Below are positions 14,095 to 29,776 of a DNA stretch of 64,000 bases, in pieces. Position numbers and translations under genes: made by a program. The notes under the pieces are model-generated. The model did no database searches and had not been told where the DNA came from. It saw only the letters and a list, made by a program, of their open reading frames with translations. Source of the DNA: the human T2T-CHM13v2.0 reference genome, Homo sapiens; the NCBI RefSeq assembly GCF_009914755.1, contig NC_060927.1. One strand, written 5' to 3'. Numbering within the stretch: the first letter of the stretch is position 1; each line of letters opens with the position of its first letter.

Positions 14095-15075
14095 CCCCAA
14101 ATTTAAAACTTTCATTTTTTTTGTAGACACCATTAAGAAAATGAAGGCAAGCCATAGATTGGGGAGTAAATATTCACAAAAGTATCTCTGTTAAAGGCTC
14201 AGACTATTTAAATAATTTTCATTACTCTATAATAAAAAGACAAACTCAGTTTCTTAAAAAAAATGCTGAAAAGATGCAAACAAATAATTCACAAAGGAAG
14301 CTGTTTGGTCAAGGAGCACATGAAAAGATTCTCAGCCTCACTTGTCAACAGGGAAATACAAATTAAAATAATAAGGTAGTACTTTCACCCATTAGAATGG
14401 AAAAAAACTTGACAATGTTAAGAATTGACGAGGAAATAGAATAATTGATACTTTGGTATATTTTTGGTTATAGTGTAAAATAGTAAATCTACTTTGAATA
14501 ACGGGTCACTTCTTATCAAGTTAAACATGTTGCTTCCTTGTGACCTAGTAATTTCACTCCTAGGTGTTTACCCAGGAGAAGTGAAAGTGTATGTCCATAG
14601 AAAGACTTATATTAGAATATTCATAGCAACTCTTTTCACAACAGCCAAAAGTTGGGAACAACCCAAATGCTCATCAACAGATTAAAATGGGTAAACAAAT
14701 TGTGGTATACTCATAGAATACCATATGGTGATCCGGAGGATGATGCGGGCCCACAATATAGGTAAATCTCAAAACATGCTGAGCAAAACAAGTTAAATCT
14801 CAAAACATGTTGAGCAAAACAAGTCAGACACAAACGACTATGTACCTTGTGATTCCATTTCAGTGTAGTTCTAATACTGGTAGAACTAAGCTCTAATGAG
14901 AGAAATTAGGAATGTAGATGGCTGTGCCTAGAAAAGAGAATGATGAAATTTTTGTGATGGAAATACTATTTATCTTAATTGGGGTGGTGATTATATGGTG
15001 TCAAACCTCAATGAACTCTACACTTAAAATCTAATTTTCATTTATTGTATGTGGTTTATACCCCAATATAAATTA
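14095..15075 (+). mobile_element. Old L1 (L1M-type) 3' part, continuing right of the SET retrocopy
   Basis: gacaccattaagaaaatgaaggcaagccatagattgggg...gacctagtaatttcactcctaggtgtttacccaggagaagtgaaa...acaacccaaatgctcatcaaca; ORF 14494-14685 resembles the ORF2 C-terminus. Confidence 0.8.
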
Positions 15076-15973
15076 GGGGAAAAAGTCAAAGGCACAAAAC
15101 TTGCTCTTGAAGCAATACAGATGTTGAGCATACACAGAGCAGATTGTAATGTGTGTGTAAATGGTATAGGGTGCTTGAAAGAGGGCAGAAGTGACAGTGT
15201 GTACCACATGAGCTTGCAGGAAAAGGCAGGATAAACAGAAAAGGCTTTCTGGACAATAGATGGTTTGTGCTGTGTTTTGAAGATGCAAAGAGGTAAATGT
15301 TTTTAGGACTTGGGGATAAGATTTCTCAAATAGGGTCAAGGTTTCTCAAGTCAAGAGGTCAAGATAAAAATAAAACAGGACATGTTTTTGGACAAATAAA
15401 CATAAATTGAAGTTGTTTTTCTACTCAGTATATCATTCCCATAGTTATCAGTCTATCATTTCCCATATATATGTATCATGTCCCTCTTACAAGACTCATC
15501 TTAATTCTGCTTCTTCTGTTCTCCAGGTGCACCAGCACACAGTGGTATTTCCTCCTCCCAAATTCCCATTTTCTAACTTATAAATTAAAAGCACCATTTA
15601 ATTTTTCCTAGATTATATCCTGTTTTTCAGTGTGGATATTCTTACAAAGTGCATACTCGGGAAAGGTTGTTTGTCCTCTGCCCCAAGTATAAAATATTGA
15701 GTACACAACCAAATCCTGGTTAATTAAGATTTGGTGGGTAGAGGTTGACAGATGTGCAGGAGGTGGGGACATCTGTGGATATGGATTGAAGTGTGGAGTT
15801 GTAGATTTTCTTCCTTGTATGAGTGTTAATGGCTATAATGTTTTGACTCTCAACTATGTACCAGGCATGATAACTCTTACAGCCATTCTTCTAGGTGGTT
15901 ATTTTTGTTCTGTTTTCTACAGATGAGTCAACTGAGCAGGGAGAGGTTAAGGAACACACTGGAATTTTGAATA

Positions 15974-16186
15974 CAAGTTGAGTATCCCTAATCCCAAAAT
16001 CTGAAGTCCGAAGTGCTTCAATATCCGAAACTTTTTGAGGGCTGACATGACTCTCAAAAGAAATGTTCATTGGAGCATTTCAGATTAGGGATTCTCATCT
16101 GCTAAGTGTAATGCAAATATTCCAAAATCTGAAATCTGAAACACTCCTGGTCCAAAGCAGTATGATCAAGGAATATTCAACCTCTG
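15974..16186. mobile_element. Tigger4/Zombi (MER46-like) non-autonomous Tc1/mariner element
   Basis: Inverted termini caagttgagtatccct ... ggaatattcaacct, TA flanks, internal ccaaaatctgaa repeats. Confidence 0.75.
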
Positions 16187-16276
16187 TATCTCTTTGGCTT
16201 CCATTGTTCTTATAGTCATCAGAGCACCACACTATGTTATTGGGAAAGAAGATGATGCTGGCAATGACAGCAATAA

Positions 16277-16605
<329 letters not shown>

Positions 16606-19084
16606 TGATTGTGTTCTTATGCCAATTACTGTTCTGGGTAATTTATGTATATAACTCATTTAATCCCCATAACTCAGTAAGGAAAATGAGGCATAGAGTT
16701 GTTAAGTGACTTTATTAAGGTTGTATTAGAATAAGTGGTGGAGTCAAGATTTGAAGCCAAAAAGTCTGATTCTAGAATGCCCACTTTTCATTATTATGCT
16801 ATACTACTTGGCATTGTACACATAGGGACTGGTTGTCTTCTTTAGAACAAGGCATATACCATTTCTTAATTGGGGTAGGAGTGGATTTAAATAAAACTTG
16901 GTGATGCAGACTGTTGTTTTCAAATCATATTTAAGACCCTCATTTTTGTCCATTCATGTAACATTTATTGAAAACTTCACTGTGTTATGAGGCTAAGACA
17001 GAGTCTTTTCTTTTGAGGGACTTTAAAGTCTAGGACTGGGTCTGGATTTTTTAAATCGTGTGGCCTCTAAAGCATTTTAAAGTTCTCACACTACTTGAAC
17101 TAAACTGAGAAACTGGATTTGACTGGCAGTGTGCTAAAGTCGTGGCTCATGAAAGAAAATTGGTGCAGATATCTGATGAACCAACCCATATTCAGAAAAA
17201 AGGCCTCGCTGCCACAAAACCAAAAGATTAAGCAATTAATGTGCACTTTGTATTTCAAATTAAAATAATGTATTTAAGGTTTCTAAAAATAATTCCTACT
17301 TAACCTGTTATTTTGGTTAACCTGTATTTTTCCTTAACTAACTTGCCTCAGTGGTACCAGTTATAAGGACAGCTGCTGTGTATCAAACTCAGTGATAACA
17401 GGGACAGCTGGTCTGACATCTTAGGTTTTCTTTTTATCTCAGACCATATCCTCCCTCTTCCTTTTTTCACTTCTATAAAGGTAGTGCTTATAGGCATATT
17501 TATAGTGGGGAAAGAGGCAGTGAAATCCTTGTGCAGAAACATAGGTAGGCAGTTTTGGGGGCCAGGAGAGAAAGAACATTCAACACTAAAGGCCACCTCC
17601 TAGGACATTTAACTGAACTAAGTATCATTTTTCATATTCTGTTTTTGTCATCTGTACATGCAGGGCTATCAGCTCCCAGCTGGATTAAGGTTAGGGATTT
17701 GGATCTAGTCAGTAAATGACTTCTGATGAGATTAGAATCGTCTCCAAATCCCCATTAAGGAAATAAAAATGTAATCTTATAAGTTATAATATGTCCAAAG
17801 ATTGTTGTCATAATTGAATGACTATCAATTCCTAGGAGTGATGATGTTAAGGTTTGTGGATATGTCTGTTAGAATGTAAGCCACCAGAGGCCCAGAACCT
17901 TTTCATCACACCATCTCTACCATTCCTAGAATGTTGGCTGCCTCATTGTAAGGAATCAGTGTTGAATGAATAAATGGCCAAAATATCCCTAGAGTGAGAA
18001 GGGGATTTCATTCATCATCTGTAGCAGGATGGAAATGTTCTTAGATGAAACCTTGTGTGAGCTCTCCTACCAACCTTTGACCTTAGGGCTCGACTCACTG
18101 GGAAGATCACATCAGCAACAGGTGAGTTCTTTCCAGCCAGGTGTCTCTCCCACTATAGAAGGTGGCACATTTCCCATGTGCTTGGTATAAATGGCTCCTA
18201 GAGTCTAGAGGCTATAAGTGATGTGATGAAAATAATTGCGTGTGTATGATCCTGGAGAGTATCGAGGATCAGATTTTTTTCCCCAAGTGATCACACCACA
18301 AGTGTACAGATCGCTTTGGGCCAACCTCAGAAGCCAACTAACTGATCTTTTCCTCTTTTCTTTGGTATCTTAACCTCAAAAGCAGATGTCATATAATTGG
18401 GTAGAAGCCAGCACCCGTCCCTGGCTGTTCTTTTATTTGAATGATGAGGGGTCAGAACATGATATCTAAGGCCTTTGATGCTTTTCAAAAACAACAGATG
18501 GGAGGTTTCAGTGAAAAATAAAAAGCTAGCAATTTAATTTATACCGAGTAAAGACAAAAATTTCAAAGGAATCTAATCAGATCTAAAAGCATATGACCAG
18601 TATTTCACTTTGACTTTAAAGAACAGGTGGATTGAGAAGCTTTGCTGTGGTAAACTTGGTGTTTCGGTGAATTAATGTAACCAAATGATTACTATAAAAA
18701 TAGCATTCATTAATTACTAGATTTATCCTTTTTAAGGGTGCTAGGGAGGAAAAGAAAATTCCCTGTAAAGAAGAACCAGAAAATTTAGTAAAGAGGGTTT
18801 TGGAGACCTGATTCTCATGCTACTTAGGAAGCTGAGAATTTAAAATAGATTTTACATAGTTTGGTTGTAGGTATTTTTTCTCATTAAGATAGGATATTTT
18901 TACTGAAGTTGATTTATCTAGCTGTGCTGCTCAGACTTTTAGGAGGCAATGCATCTTTTAGTATTGCGGGGTGATGGTGGGGAGGCTATGGGTGTAGCAC
19001 CAGACTTGAAGCTAATTTGAAATCCCAAGTAGTAGACAGCATCTGGCCAATGAAATGCCTTCTTAGCATCCAGTATGAACTGGC

Positions 19085-19220
19085 AGGGTGATCATATTGA
19101 TGATCATAATTAATTTATTATACAATCAAGGACACTTTTGAGATAGAAAGGAGGCACTATTTTCAATTATGCCCAGACAACAGGTGAAAACTGGATCTGT
19201 CCCAGGACATGGGGTCACCC
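19085..19220 (+). mobile_element. MER81-like element
   Basis: agggtgatcat...ggacacttttgagatagaaagg...ggtcaccc; homologous to 2482-2607. Confidence 0.65.
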
Positions 19221-19229
19221 AAAACTGAA

Positions 19230-19392
19230 TGTGCAACAGAATTACCTGGAGGGCTTGTTAAAAGAGATTGCTGGGCTCCACCCCCATTGTTTCTGATTCT
19301 GTAGGTTTGGGGTCAATAATTTGCATGTCTGACAAGCTCACTGGTGGTGTTGATTCAGCTGGTATAGTATCTGCACTTTGAGATCCACTGCT
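19230..19392. mobile_element. MER5-like hAT element
   Basis: agaattacctggagggcttgttaaa...tctgattctgtaggtttgggg...cactttgagatccactgc. Confidence 0.65.
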
Positions 19393-19947
19393 CTATCCAA
19401 ACAAACTTGGCACTCTTGTACTGATATAATTTTCAATTAAAGGAAACACTCCTTATTGTCCATCATCCTCCACTAGACAGCCTTCTGCAGGTGAGGATGC
19501 TCATGATGATGGCAGAATATGCTTGTGTTGGTGTCAGCCTACCTCCTGGACTGGTCTGTTTTTGGTATTCTAGAGACTGCTCACACTGGGAGGTTGAAAC
19601 AGCTCACTTGTGACCGACCTAACTTCTAAGGATATCCTGGGGCCAAATGGAATAAACCTGTGACTTCTGAGTTCATAGAGCCTTAGGCTTAGGGAAGCCT
19701 CAACATCTAAATTCACTCAGAAGCACTTTATAGAGTGAACGTTCTTCTAGGGAGCCGTGTTCTTCTTCTGTTCAGCACTTTAGAAGCATCATAGGTGGCC
19801 TTGCTCAGGATAGTCACACCCTCTGTACCTGCTTCAACTGTGAAGTGGGCACCGTAATACTTCAGGAAATTATACTTCTTCCTCTGCACCCGGCCCACTT
19901 CCCCTGTGTCTTCATGCTTTGAGTACCTTGGAATCTCCCCACTGTTC

Positions 19948-20268
19948 TTTTGGTTTTATTTTTGTTTGTTTTTGTTTTTGAGACAGGGTCTCACTCTCTC
20001 GCCCAGACTGGAGTGCAGTGGCCCGATCTCAGCTCACCACAACCTCTGGCTCCCAGACTCAAGCGATTCTCCTGCCTCAGCCTCCTGAGTACCTGGGATT
20101 ACAGGCATGCACCACTACCACCCAGCTAATTTTTGTATTTTTAGTGGAGATAGGGGTTTTACCATGTTGGCCAGGCTGGTCTTGAACTCCTGACCAGCCT
20201 CTCCTGAGGCCACTCACCTTGGCCTCACAAAGTGCTGGGATTACAGGTGTGAGCCACCATGCCTGGCC
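19948..20268 (-). mobile_element. Alu
   Basis: Full dimer ending ccatgcctggcc. Confidence 0.92.
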
Positions 20269-21351
20269 TCCTTGTTTTTTTTTTTTCCAGACATGACAAT
20301 ATAGAGTTCATTCATATATACCAATGTGTTAATTGTGTGCACACAATTGTATGCATGTTTGTATATATAGTATTCATAAATTTTACCGAAATATAAAATT
20401 CATTGCATGTTTACAAATCATAAAATATGCCATTTTGGTATTTTCCGAGTGCATTGTTTTCTTTTTAACTTAATGGCTAGGTTTTTTTTTAGTGCTAAAA
20501 CTGATTATCAAGTTTGTATGTTTTAGAAAGATGAATATACAAACTATTTATTTTTTTACTAGTGTGATCTTTGATTCATTTTCTCCGTAGGATTGATTGT
20601 CCTTGGTTAACAAAGTATATGTAGACAAGATGGATTGCATGGGCTTGGTTGAATAAGCTGACATTGTGGGTCTGTGCTAATTCTCCTGAATGTAATTTAA
20701 TTTATAATGTTTAAAGAATTGTAAGTAATTTAGCTGATTAGTCATAGACTATAAATAAGTAGCATATGAACTCAAATATTTGCTATGCCTAGGACAGATA
20801 TTTCTGTGATTTACAATTTAAAGGCATTTTATTTTAGTAGGTGTTAATGGGGTTAACTTATCCTAATAATGACAAAGATAAAAACTTTTACCTATATAAG
20901 TGTATGTACAAGTAAATGCAACTATATATCTGTACACATATGCAATTGCAAACAAAGACATACTGACCTAAGTATTATGCTAATCGATTTTGTAGTTTTG
21001 AGAAGCAATTTTAATACACATTTACGAGCTTTTGAAATGTTTGTCCTGGATGAATACCTTTTAAACATTTTCCTTGATATCTCTTCATCACAGATATATT
21101 TTGACAGCCACGATTGGAAATCCTAAATCATAAATGATAATATTTCAGTATTGGATCCCCATATTAGCATGGGGAAATATATTAATATACCAATTATAGT
21201 TGTCAAACAAAAAGTAACCTACTGAGAAAAATGTGAGTGGCAATGGTTCAGTGTTCCTCAGCTTTGTTGCTGCCCAGCTCAGAAATCTTTTCTGTTCCCA
21301 TGCACCATTCACATACATGCAAGTCATTTCATGGAAAAGCTGTTTTCTTAC

Positions 21352-21600
21352 CTGCGTCTAGGCCTTCATCTGTGAGAGTCATGCTTCACTCATTTTGAAA
21401 TACCTCTCATTGTAGGCTCCAAGGTAACACTGTTACAGAGTTCTTGCTCATCTTCAACTACGGATGAAAATCAGGAACTTGACAGAAACCACAAGATAGT
21501 GGGTCCCTCTGCTGCTGTTGTCAGATAGAATTTATTGAAGACTGGGACGTGGAAACAAAGAGGAAGGAAGAGACGTTTTAATCTCTGTGGGTGTTAGGCT
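21352..21600 (-). other. P2RY14: P2RY14 non-coding first exon (5' boundary approximate)
   Basis: Consensus donor CAG|gtaaga at 21351. Minus-strand ...acagtgttaccttggagcctacaatgagagg...ctagacgcag matches my recollection of the P2RY14 (KIAA0001) 5' UTR; position downstream of GPR87 on the same strand fits the known gene order. Confidence 0.75.
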
Positions 21601-21670
21601 GACTTCTGAGCTAGTTCCTTTCCTCCAGTAATGCAAAAACAGTCCTGCTTTCTTATTTCTCCTCCTACTT
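21465..21670. promoter_or_regulatory. Putative TATA-less, non-CpG P2RY14 promoter with ETS/PU.1 and RUNX motifs
   Basis: AAAGAGGAAGGAAG (~21558-21571), CAGGAACT (~21472-21479), AACCACA (~21487-21493) and TTCCTTTCCTC (~21615-21625) cluster around the exon. Motif match only. Confidence 0.4.
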
Positions 21671-22977
21671 TTCCCCACATCCCTACATCATCTGATGCAC
21701 AGCCAGGCAACAACCTGTTTTCTTTTCTAACCTTTGCCATTGTCAAATTCAACATGTGGTATGAGGTGGAGAACTGATGTGTAAGATATGGTTCTTTCTG
21801 AAGCACCCTCAGAAAATTGTCAGCAGCTTCACAGTATAACGTGCAGAGATGGGTAGTTGGAGCTACCTGGAAATGCGGAATTAACAGAATAAAGAAGTAT
21901 TTTGACACCAATGTCGACATATTCTAGATAAGAGGTGTTGCATTGTCATTTTTCCCACATTAATTTTCCCATATTTGAACATTACTGATAAATAGATCAC
22001 AAGTAGGACTTCAGATAAACTCCTCGTGTGTTAACATTTTGGTGTTTGTGCTGTGTTACTATTTTGAAAGTCTTCATATTTTTAGTTCCTTTCAGGCTCT
22101 GTAATATAATTGGTGATGTCCTGCAGTGCTCCACTGTCTTTCCCATTGACTATTAGTGCCATTAGATTTGGAAGTTTTCAGAAGATGGCTACAAAGTCCT
22201 CTTCAAAGTGTATAACTCAGAACCAGAAAGAAAGAAGACAAGGGGCTGAAAAGCTTACTTTATAAGGTTCCTGCATTTTAAGTGTATTTACTTAGGCTGT
22301 TCCATTGCCAAATTATGGGTAACAACTAGTAAAGTTCAGCTTGCCTTAAAAACATAGCTATACATTTAGTTATAATAATTATAACTGGCTTATGACATGC
22401 CCGTTACTATTCTAGTTGCTTTATATGTACTTGCTACGTAGGAGGCAGTGTTCTGGACATTGGAGATGGAGTAGTGACTGACACATACCCAAACAGTTAT
22501 TTCCCTCATGAAGAGTATTTTCTTACTTTCTGTCTCACAGACTTGCTAGTCACTGTTGATCCTTGGCAAAGACCTGTGAGACACAGAGCTTGTTTAGAGA
22601 AGTTCGCCATTTCTCCCTGCCAGAGGGACTCTTCTTCAGACCCCCAGCGGGCCCCAATAGTCCTCACTGATGCTTTGATTGAGGGGCTAAGAATACTGAT
22701 GTGCATAGAGAGGCTTGTTAGCTTCAGCTGCAGTGAGATCTGGTAGGTAAATAAACTTAAGGACAAGTGGATGTGAGGAGGAGCCGCTAGAGCCTGGTTA
22801 TTACCAGGGCACATTGCAGAGTCCTCCAGATGTAAACATTTTGCTGATTAAATTGATGATTTGGCAGGAACCGTATCTCTAAGGTGCGACTCTCAAGACT
22901 TCCCTGATTTATTGCAGGAGATGCTGTTTACTCTGACAGTCTCAAAAACACCCATTAATTGTTCCGGGTCCCTTTTG

Positions 22978-23123
22978 TGCTTCTTGACTTCCCCGTGGGG
23001 TGTTTCACATAGATGTTATTGAGTATGACTGGGGAGAACATGATAATTTGTTGCTTCTTGACTTCCCCGTGGGGTGTTTCACATAGATGTTATTGAGTAT
23101 GACTGGGGAGAACATGATAATTT
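22978..23123. repeat. Tandem duplication, 72 bp identical units with 74 bp period
   Basis: 22978-23049 = 23052-23123. Confidence 0.95.
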
Positions 23124-24171
23124 CTTTGACTGGAGCTGCTTGCTTGCCTCTTAATGCCAGGAGTTGCAAAGTCCAAGGCCAAAAGGATAGCCCTACAGGT
23201 GGTCCCCTCGTGGCAGGTGGTACAAATGGGTTGGACTCTGTGTAAGACACTTGGGAGTAGAGGGAGTATGGAGAAATGGAAAGCTAAAGGGCCCACCCAG
23301 GGGGACAGTTGTGTCTGGAAGCTTGCCAGAGTCATGGGCCTCATCTTGGGATGGGCCAGTGTCTTCAGAACATTAAACGCTGATTTGCATGTACTGTTCT
23401 AAACACTCTGTGTGTTTTAGCTTGATTACTCACGATGGCTCCATGAGTAAAGTAGGTCTGTCTACTACTTCTTCCCCACCTTTTTCTTAATAGACAAGGA
23501 AACTGAGGCATGGAGATGTTACATCAGGTTGCTGGAGCTGGGCAGATCCTGGAGCCTGTGCACTGCTACTGCCTTTATATGTCTCCTCTGATTTCATTTG
23601 TTGGTGTCTAAATCGAATACCTTACAAACCAGTGTAGACCTGATACCCTGTGGGCTAAAACAAAACCTGAGTGTGCACTGTATTGGGCTTGTGAGCAGTC
23701 AGCTTGTGACCTCTGTTCTGTGGTTTTATTGGCACGTAGCAGTACAAGGATGGTGAGGGGTGGGTAGGGGGCAGACAGCTAGGCACTTGAAAGGAAAGCT
23801 CATCTGGAAAGATTGGATCGTCTCAAATGCACATACTCGTACACTCGATTGAAGCGTACTCTGTGCCTACTAGATCTTTTCACAGCCAAAACACCTGGCA
23901 ACCCTTGGAGAAGTAACTATTCCTTTTTTTCACAAGTAAGAAAATAGAGCCTCAGAAAATTTAACAGTTGTCTAAGCTAGAAAGTAGCAGGACTGGACTT
24001 TGAAGTAGTCTTTAGGTTGTGCTGTACATTTTGTGGATATGCTTAAATCACAGTTTAGCTTGTACACATTTTCCTTTATTAGAATTGGAAGTAAGTATTA
24101 ATGTTTGAAAAAATATTTTAGCCTGACAATATTTATTCTATCTTCATATGTTTTTGAAATTAGATATTTTA

Positions 24172-24543
<372 letters not shown>

Positions 24544-27500
24544 TCAACACTAGACACCAGGCATAATACAACATAGCCAATAACGACATTATAATTAAAA
24601 TAATAGAGGGCCTGGTCCTTGTGTGCAAGAATCTTTTAAAAAACAAAATCTAAAATAGTCAATATTTTCCTTTTATCTGTGGTGTTTTGATTTATGCTAA
24701 ATAGTTCTGAATTCCCATTTCCTTTGGTGGAATCCTAAGATTAAAGTACTGTGATTTCCTCCTGACTAATCTTTTTCTCAGAGCCCTCAACATAACCCTG
24801 ATATGACAACCACCCCTAGCCCACCCCACGTGCTCACACATTCTCCAATACCATTTAGAGACAGGACTCTGCCTTATTAGTAATAGGACTGGTTATATAT
24901 AAACATCCCTTGTGTATTCATACTACAAATAGAATGAGTTTAACACACGTAATCCCCAAATATGTCTGTAACTGTTTCCAGTCAGTTTCTATCCAGGCCG
25001 TCATCGACTGCGCATAAATAGCTGGCTGGCTTACATTTTGATTCCATAAATGTCCTATTTTGCTCCTTACCCCGGAATTCACCTATGCATAATTGTTACC
25101 ATATGTCTTTTGAAATCATTTTTCTTTAAAGTAAGTACAGAGACAACTTCATTGTTACTGCCCTTCCCCTGCCTTTCCCTGGTTGCTTTATTGAGCATAG
25201 TGAGTAAGACACTAGCGCATCCGGCCTCATCCCCACTTGCTCTCTTGGAGACTTGTTCATGTGAGCCCTGTATAGACCTTATTCTTTTTCGTAGCTTTGT
25301 AGTATTCCATAATTTGTTTAATCAGTACCTATTGATGGATTTTCAGATAAATATGAACATTTTCAATGAATTTATTTTAACCATAGCAGATATTTGCTGG
25401 GTTATATAATTTAGTTTTTTTTTGTTTTTTTTTGTTTGTTTGTTTGTTTTGCTGGCAAGTTATTTATAATTGTGTGTGTGTGTTTTGTATGTGTTGGGGG
25501 GCATGGCTGCCGAAAGGATTCCACTGGTTGTTGAGAAAGATGTTGACGTAAGAATGTAGAGGATTTTAGTAAAGGCCCGGTGTAAACATTTTATGAAAGT
25601 ACAGTGTACAAGGATATTTAAAGGAAGCATATTTGGAAATTGTCCTCTATAGGATCTCTGAAGGAACTAGCATCCAAAATGCTTCTTGTTGGATGGCTCT
25701 TTTACTTGTAGAATGGGGGTGAAAGTCAACTTAGTACTGTATTAAAAGAATGATGTGAGCCAAGGTTTAATGTTAGGAAAGCCAGCAAAGGTGGAGGAGC
25801 GCGTAATGTCGGGGATCCAAAATGTCACGCTCAGGACTTCCTAATTTAGTGTGCTGTAAAGTTTTTGAGCTTTGTAGTAAAATAATTGAAAAAGTGTTTT
25901 GAAAAAATTGTAATCTGATAGGAAAACATTGAATGCAGACATGCCTTTTTATGTTTCCCTATGTGAAGCATTCAGTTCTACCAGCTTGTTGATTTAGAGT
26001 AGTGGAGAAAGGGGGCAGAAATTACATCATTAAGATGTGAGATAAGTCACCACATTATAAAATAATGCCTTTTTGTTAAACCTCTTGCAATGAATGACAG
26101 GACATGGGACTTCATTGGCAATTGTGCACTTGCCTTCATCTGAGAATTACAATGGAGAAACAAATGCCTGGTACAATATCACCCCCTTCTGGTAGATTGA
26201 AAGAAGTAACAGTTTTAAAAAAAATTAATAGGTGCAATTTGTACATGTATTGTAGGCAGTTCACAAAACCTCACTTTGGTGTGGATACTAACGTTGAGTC
26301 ATGGTTGATTGTCTAATCCCAATTAGTTGAAGTGTGCAAACAGATTTTCTGTATTGCTAGCATTAGATTGGGTTTAAATCTTGAAAATCAGAAGGACTGA
26401 ATCTCGACTGATGTTAGCAAAGAATCAGAATTTAGAACTTTGTTACAAAACAAAAACTTTTGTATGTGTATTTTCTCTTTTCAGTATTTTTTTTGGAAAG
26501 ATGCTGAGGAAGCAGAGGAAAGCATTTTCTTTTTCACCTTGAGGTCTCACAAATGTGTCATCTCTGATTATCTTCCTGTTGTTCCCATTTGCTTGCAAGA
26601 CTCACCACGTCTTTAGACATGTCCCTAATACCTCAGTGTTGTCATTATTCTTCTGATGTGGCCTGTGTTTCTGTATCATGCCTAGCCGTCCTTGCTGGCT
26701 TTGTTTTGTACCCGTGATGTTCACTACCATAGTACATACTCAGAAGTATTTGTTAATTGAATATCTGTAACCAAAATATGGGGAAGACAGAGAATATTCT
26801 CCAACTCCGTGCTCTGGTTCTGCAAGTAAAGATAAATGAGATAATGGAAATTATCTGAGAACAATGACTATGAATATTTTAAATAATATTATCCCAAGTG
26901 TATTAAATCATCTAATCACTTGTAGTTGTACACTTTTGAATCCCTTTTGTAGATGTCTGAATCCCTGACCTGCATAATGATTCAACTTAGGACAGGTAAC
27001 TAAGAGGATGACACGCCGCTTTATCAGACAGTTTATTTACTCAGTACCCTAACTGCTCAGCTTTTTAATACAGTGATAGAACAAGTTAGGAAAACAGGCC
27101 TTGGGAAGTCACTGAGTGAGCTGGAATGAAACTTAATGAATGTAAGAACATACTTCGTTTTTGTCAGATAAACTTTCCCACAGTTGTTCTGATAAACAGT
27201 GCTGCTTGTCATCCTGCCACGATGTGTGGGAGGAGCATGGCCTCAGCAAGTTTAAGGAAAGATTTGTGGTGTTGACTTTTCAGGGAACTTGACTGAGGGT
27301 TAACTGAAATCAAAGGAAGTGCTATGGGTGATCACATGTAGAGTTTTGTTTGTTTTTTTTTTTCTACCCAAAGAATAAGCCGCACCTGACATTATGTAGA
27401 TCAGTCATCTCTGCCCAGCAAATGATTTTAGCTAAGCACACTTATTTTTAGTTCTGGGTTGTGGGAGGGTTGTGTGGTTATCTTGGTAATTTAATTTCCT

Positions 27501-27633
27501 TGGTGGCCTGACTAGAATAGTGGTTTTAGGCAATTAATGCTGTAGAGAGCTGCATATCTTTATAATTAATAATTTGAGCACAACAGTTATTCTTAGGCTA
27601 TTATGTGTGGACCTGTTAGTTTAATCAGAATGA

Positions 27634-27998
<365 letters not shown>

Positions 27999-28104
27999 TG
28001 AGCCATTTAAGGAACAGCTGTGCTGGTTACCCTTGTCTAATTCTCAGTGGTCATGAGGTGGTGCTGTGGTCTGAATGTTTGTGTCCCTCTAATATTTATG
28101 TGTT

Positions 28105-28775
<671 letters not shown>

Positions 28776-29776
28776 ATATTGAAATCTAATCCCCAATGTG
28801 TTGGTATTAAGAGGTGGGGCCTTTGGGAGGTGACTAGGCCATGAGGGTAGAGCCCTTGTGAATGGGATCAGTGGTTGTATAAAAGAGGCCCTTTGACCTT
28901 CCGCCATGTAAGGACACAGGGCACCATCCATGAGGAATAGGTCCTCACCTCACAGGGAATCCGTTGGCTCCTTGATCTTGAACTTCCCAGCTTTCAGGAC
29001 TGTGAGCAAGACCTTTCTGTTGTTTATAAATTACCCAGTTTAAAGTATTTTGTTACAGCAGCAGGAATGAACTAAGAGAGGTGAGTTGTATGATGGTGTG
29101 TGGTTATGATAGGAGGATTTATTCAGAGCCCACCTTCTACTTGATTGGGCTTTGCAATCATCAGTCTCTCTCAGGAGAATCACAGACTTCCTGTGACCCC
29201 GCTGTTGTAGTTAGAGTACTCTGTGCCCTCACATGGCTCTACCTCCTGATCAGCTTTTCATTTAGTTGTGGCCTGCAGGGAGACCAGTGCCTTGGAAAGG
29301 CAAATGTAGTTTCTGTCTCTAAAGGTCTCTTGAAATCAATACAGAACATAAATTTTGTACCTACCAGTCCATAGTATTAGGAAAGATTTGTGATAGTTTT
29401 GCTTTGGAGTAGAGAAAAAATATAAATTAGAATTTAAATTATTTATTCCTTCTGCAAGCAAAAGCAAATATTCAAATTGGATGGGCTGTGTTCCTTCTTG
29501 TGGTGTTAAGCAAAAAACTTCAAGCAATAGGCACTAACTCAGAAAACTGTTCTCCATGCTCTTAGGAAGCATCCATGAGAGATTTTTGTTAAATAGCTGC
29601 TAATCCAGCATCCAGGGGTTCACAGTTTGTGTTAGCTCCATGGAAGAAGCTTCACAGGAGGGGGAGCTTCTCATTGATGAAATGGCTGGATTCATGGAGT
29701 TCTTTTTCCTTAAGCTGCTTGTTTTATTAGGTAATGCTATCTTAACATAGACATATTTTCCTATGTATTGTGAACA

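Noticed and set aside
14763-14824. 31 bp tandem duplication
   Set aside because: Real (one mismatch) but inside a dead L1; ordinary slippage.
22978-23123. Repeat pair as a CRISPR-like array
   Set aside because: Only two units, a 2 nt gap rather than a spacer, eukaryotic context and no cas genes.
23750-23772. Possible G-quadruplex
   Set aside because: Only three runs of three or more G; not a canonical four-tract motif.
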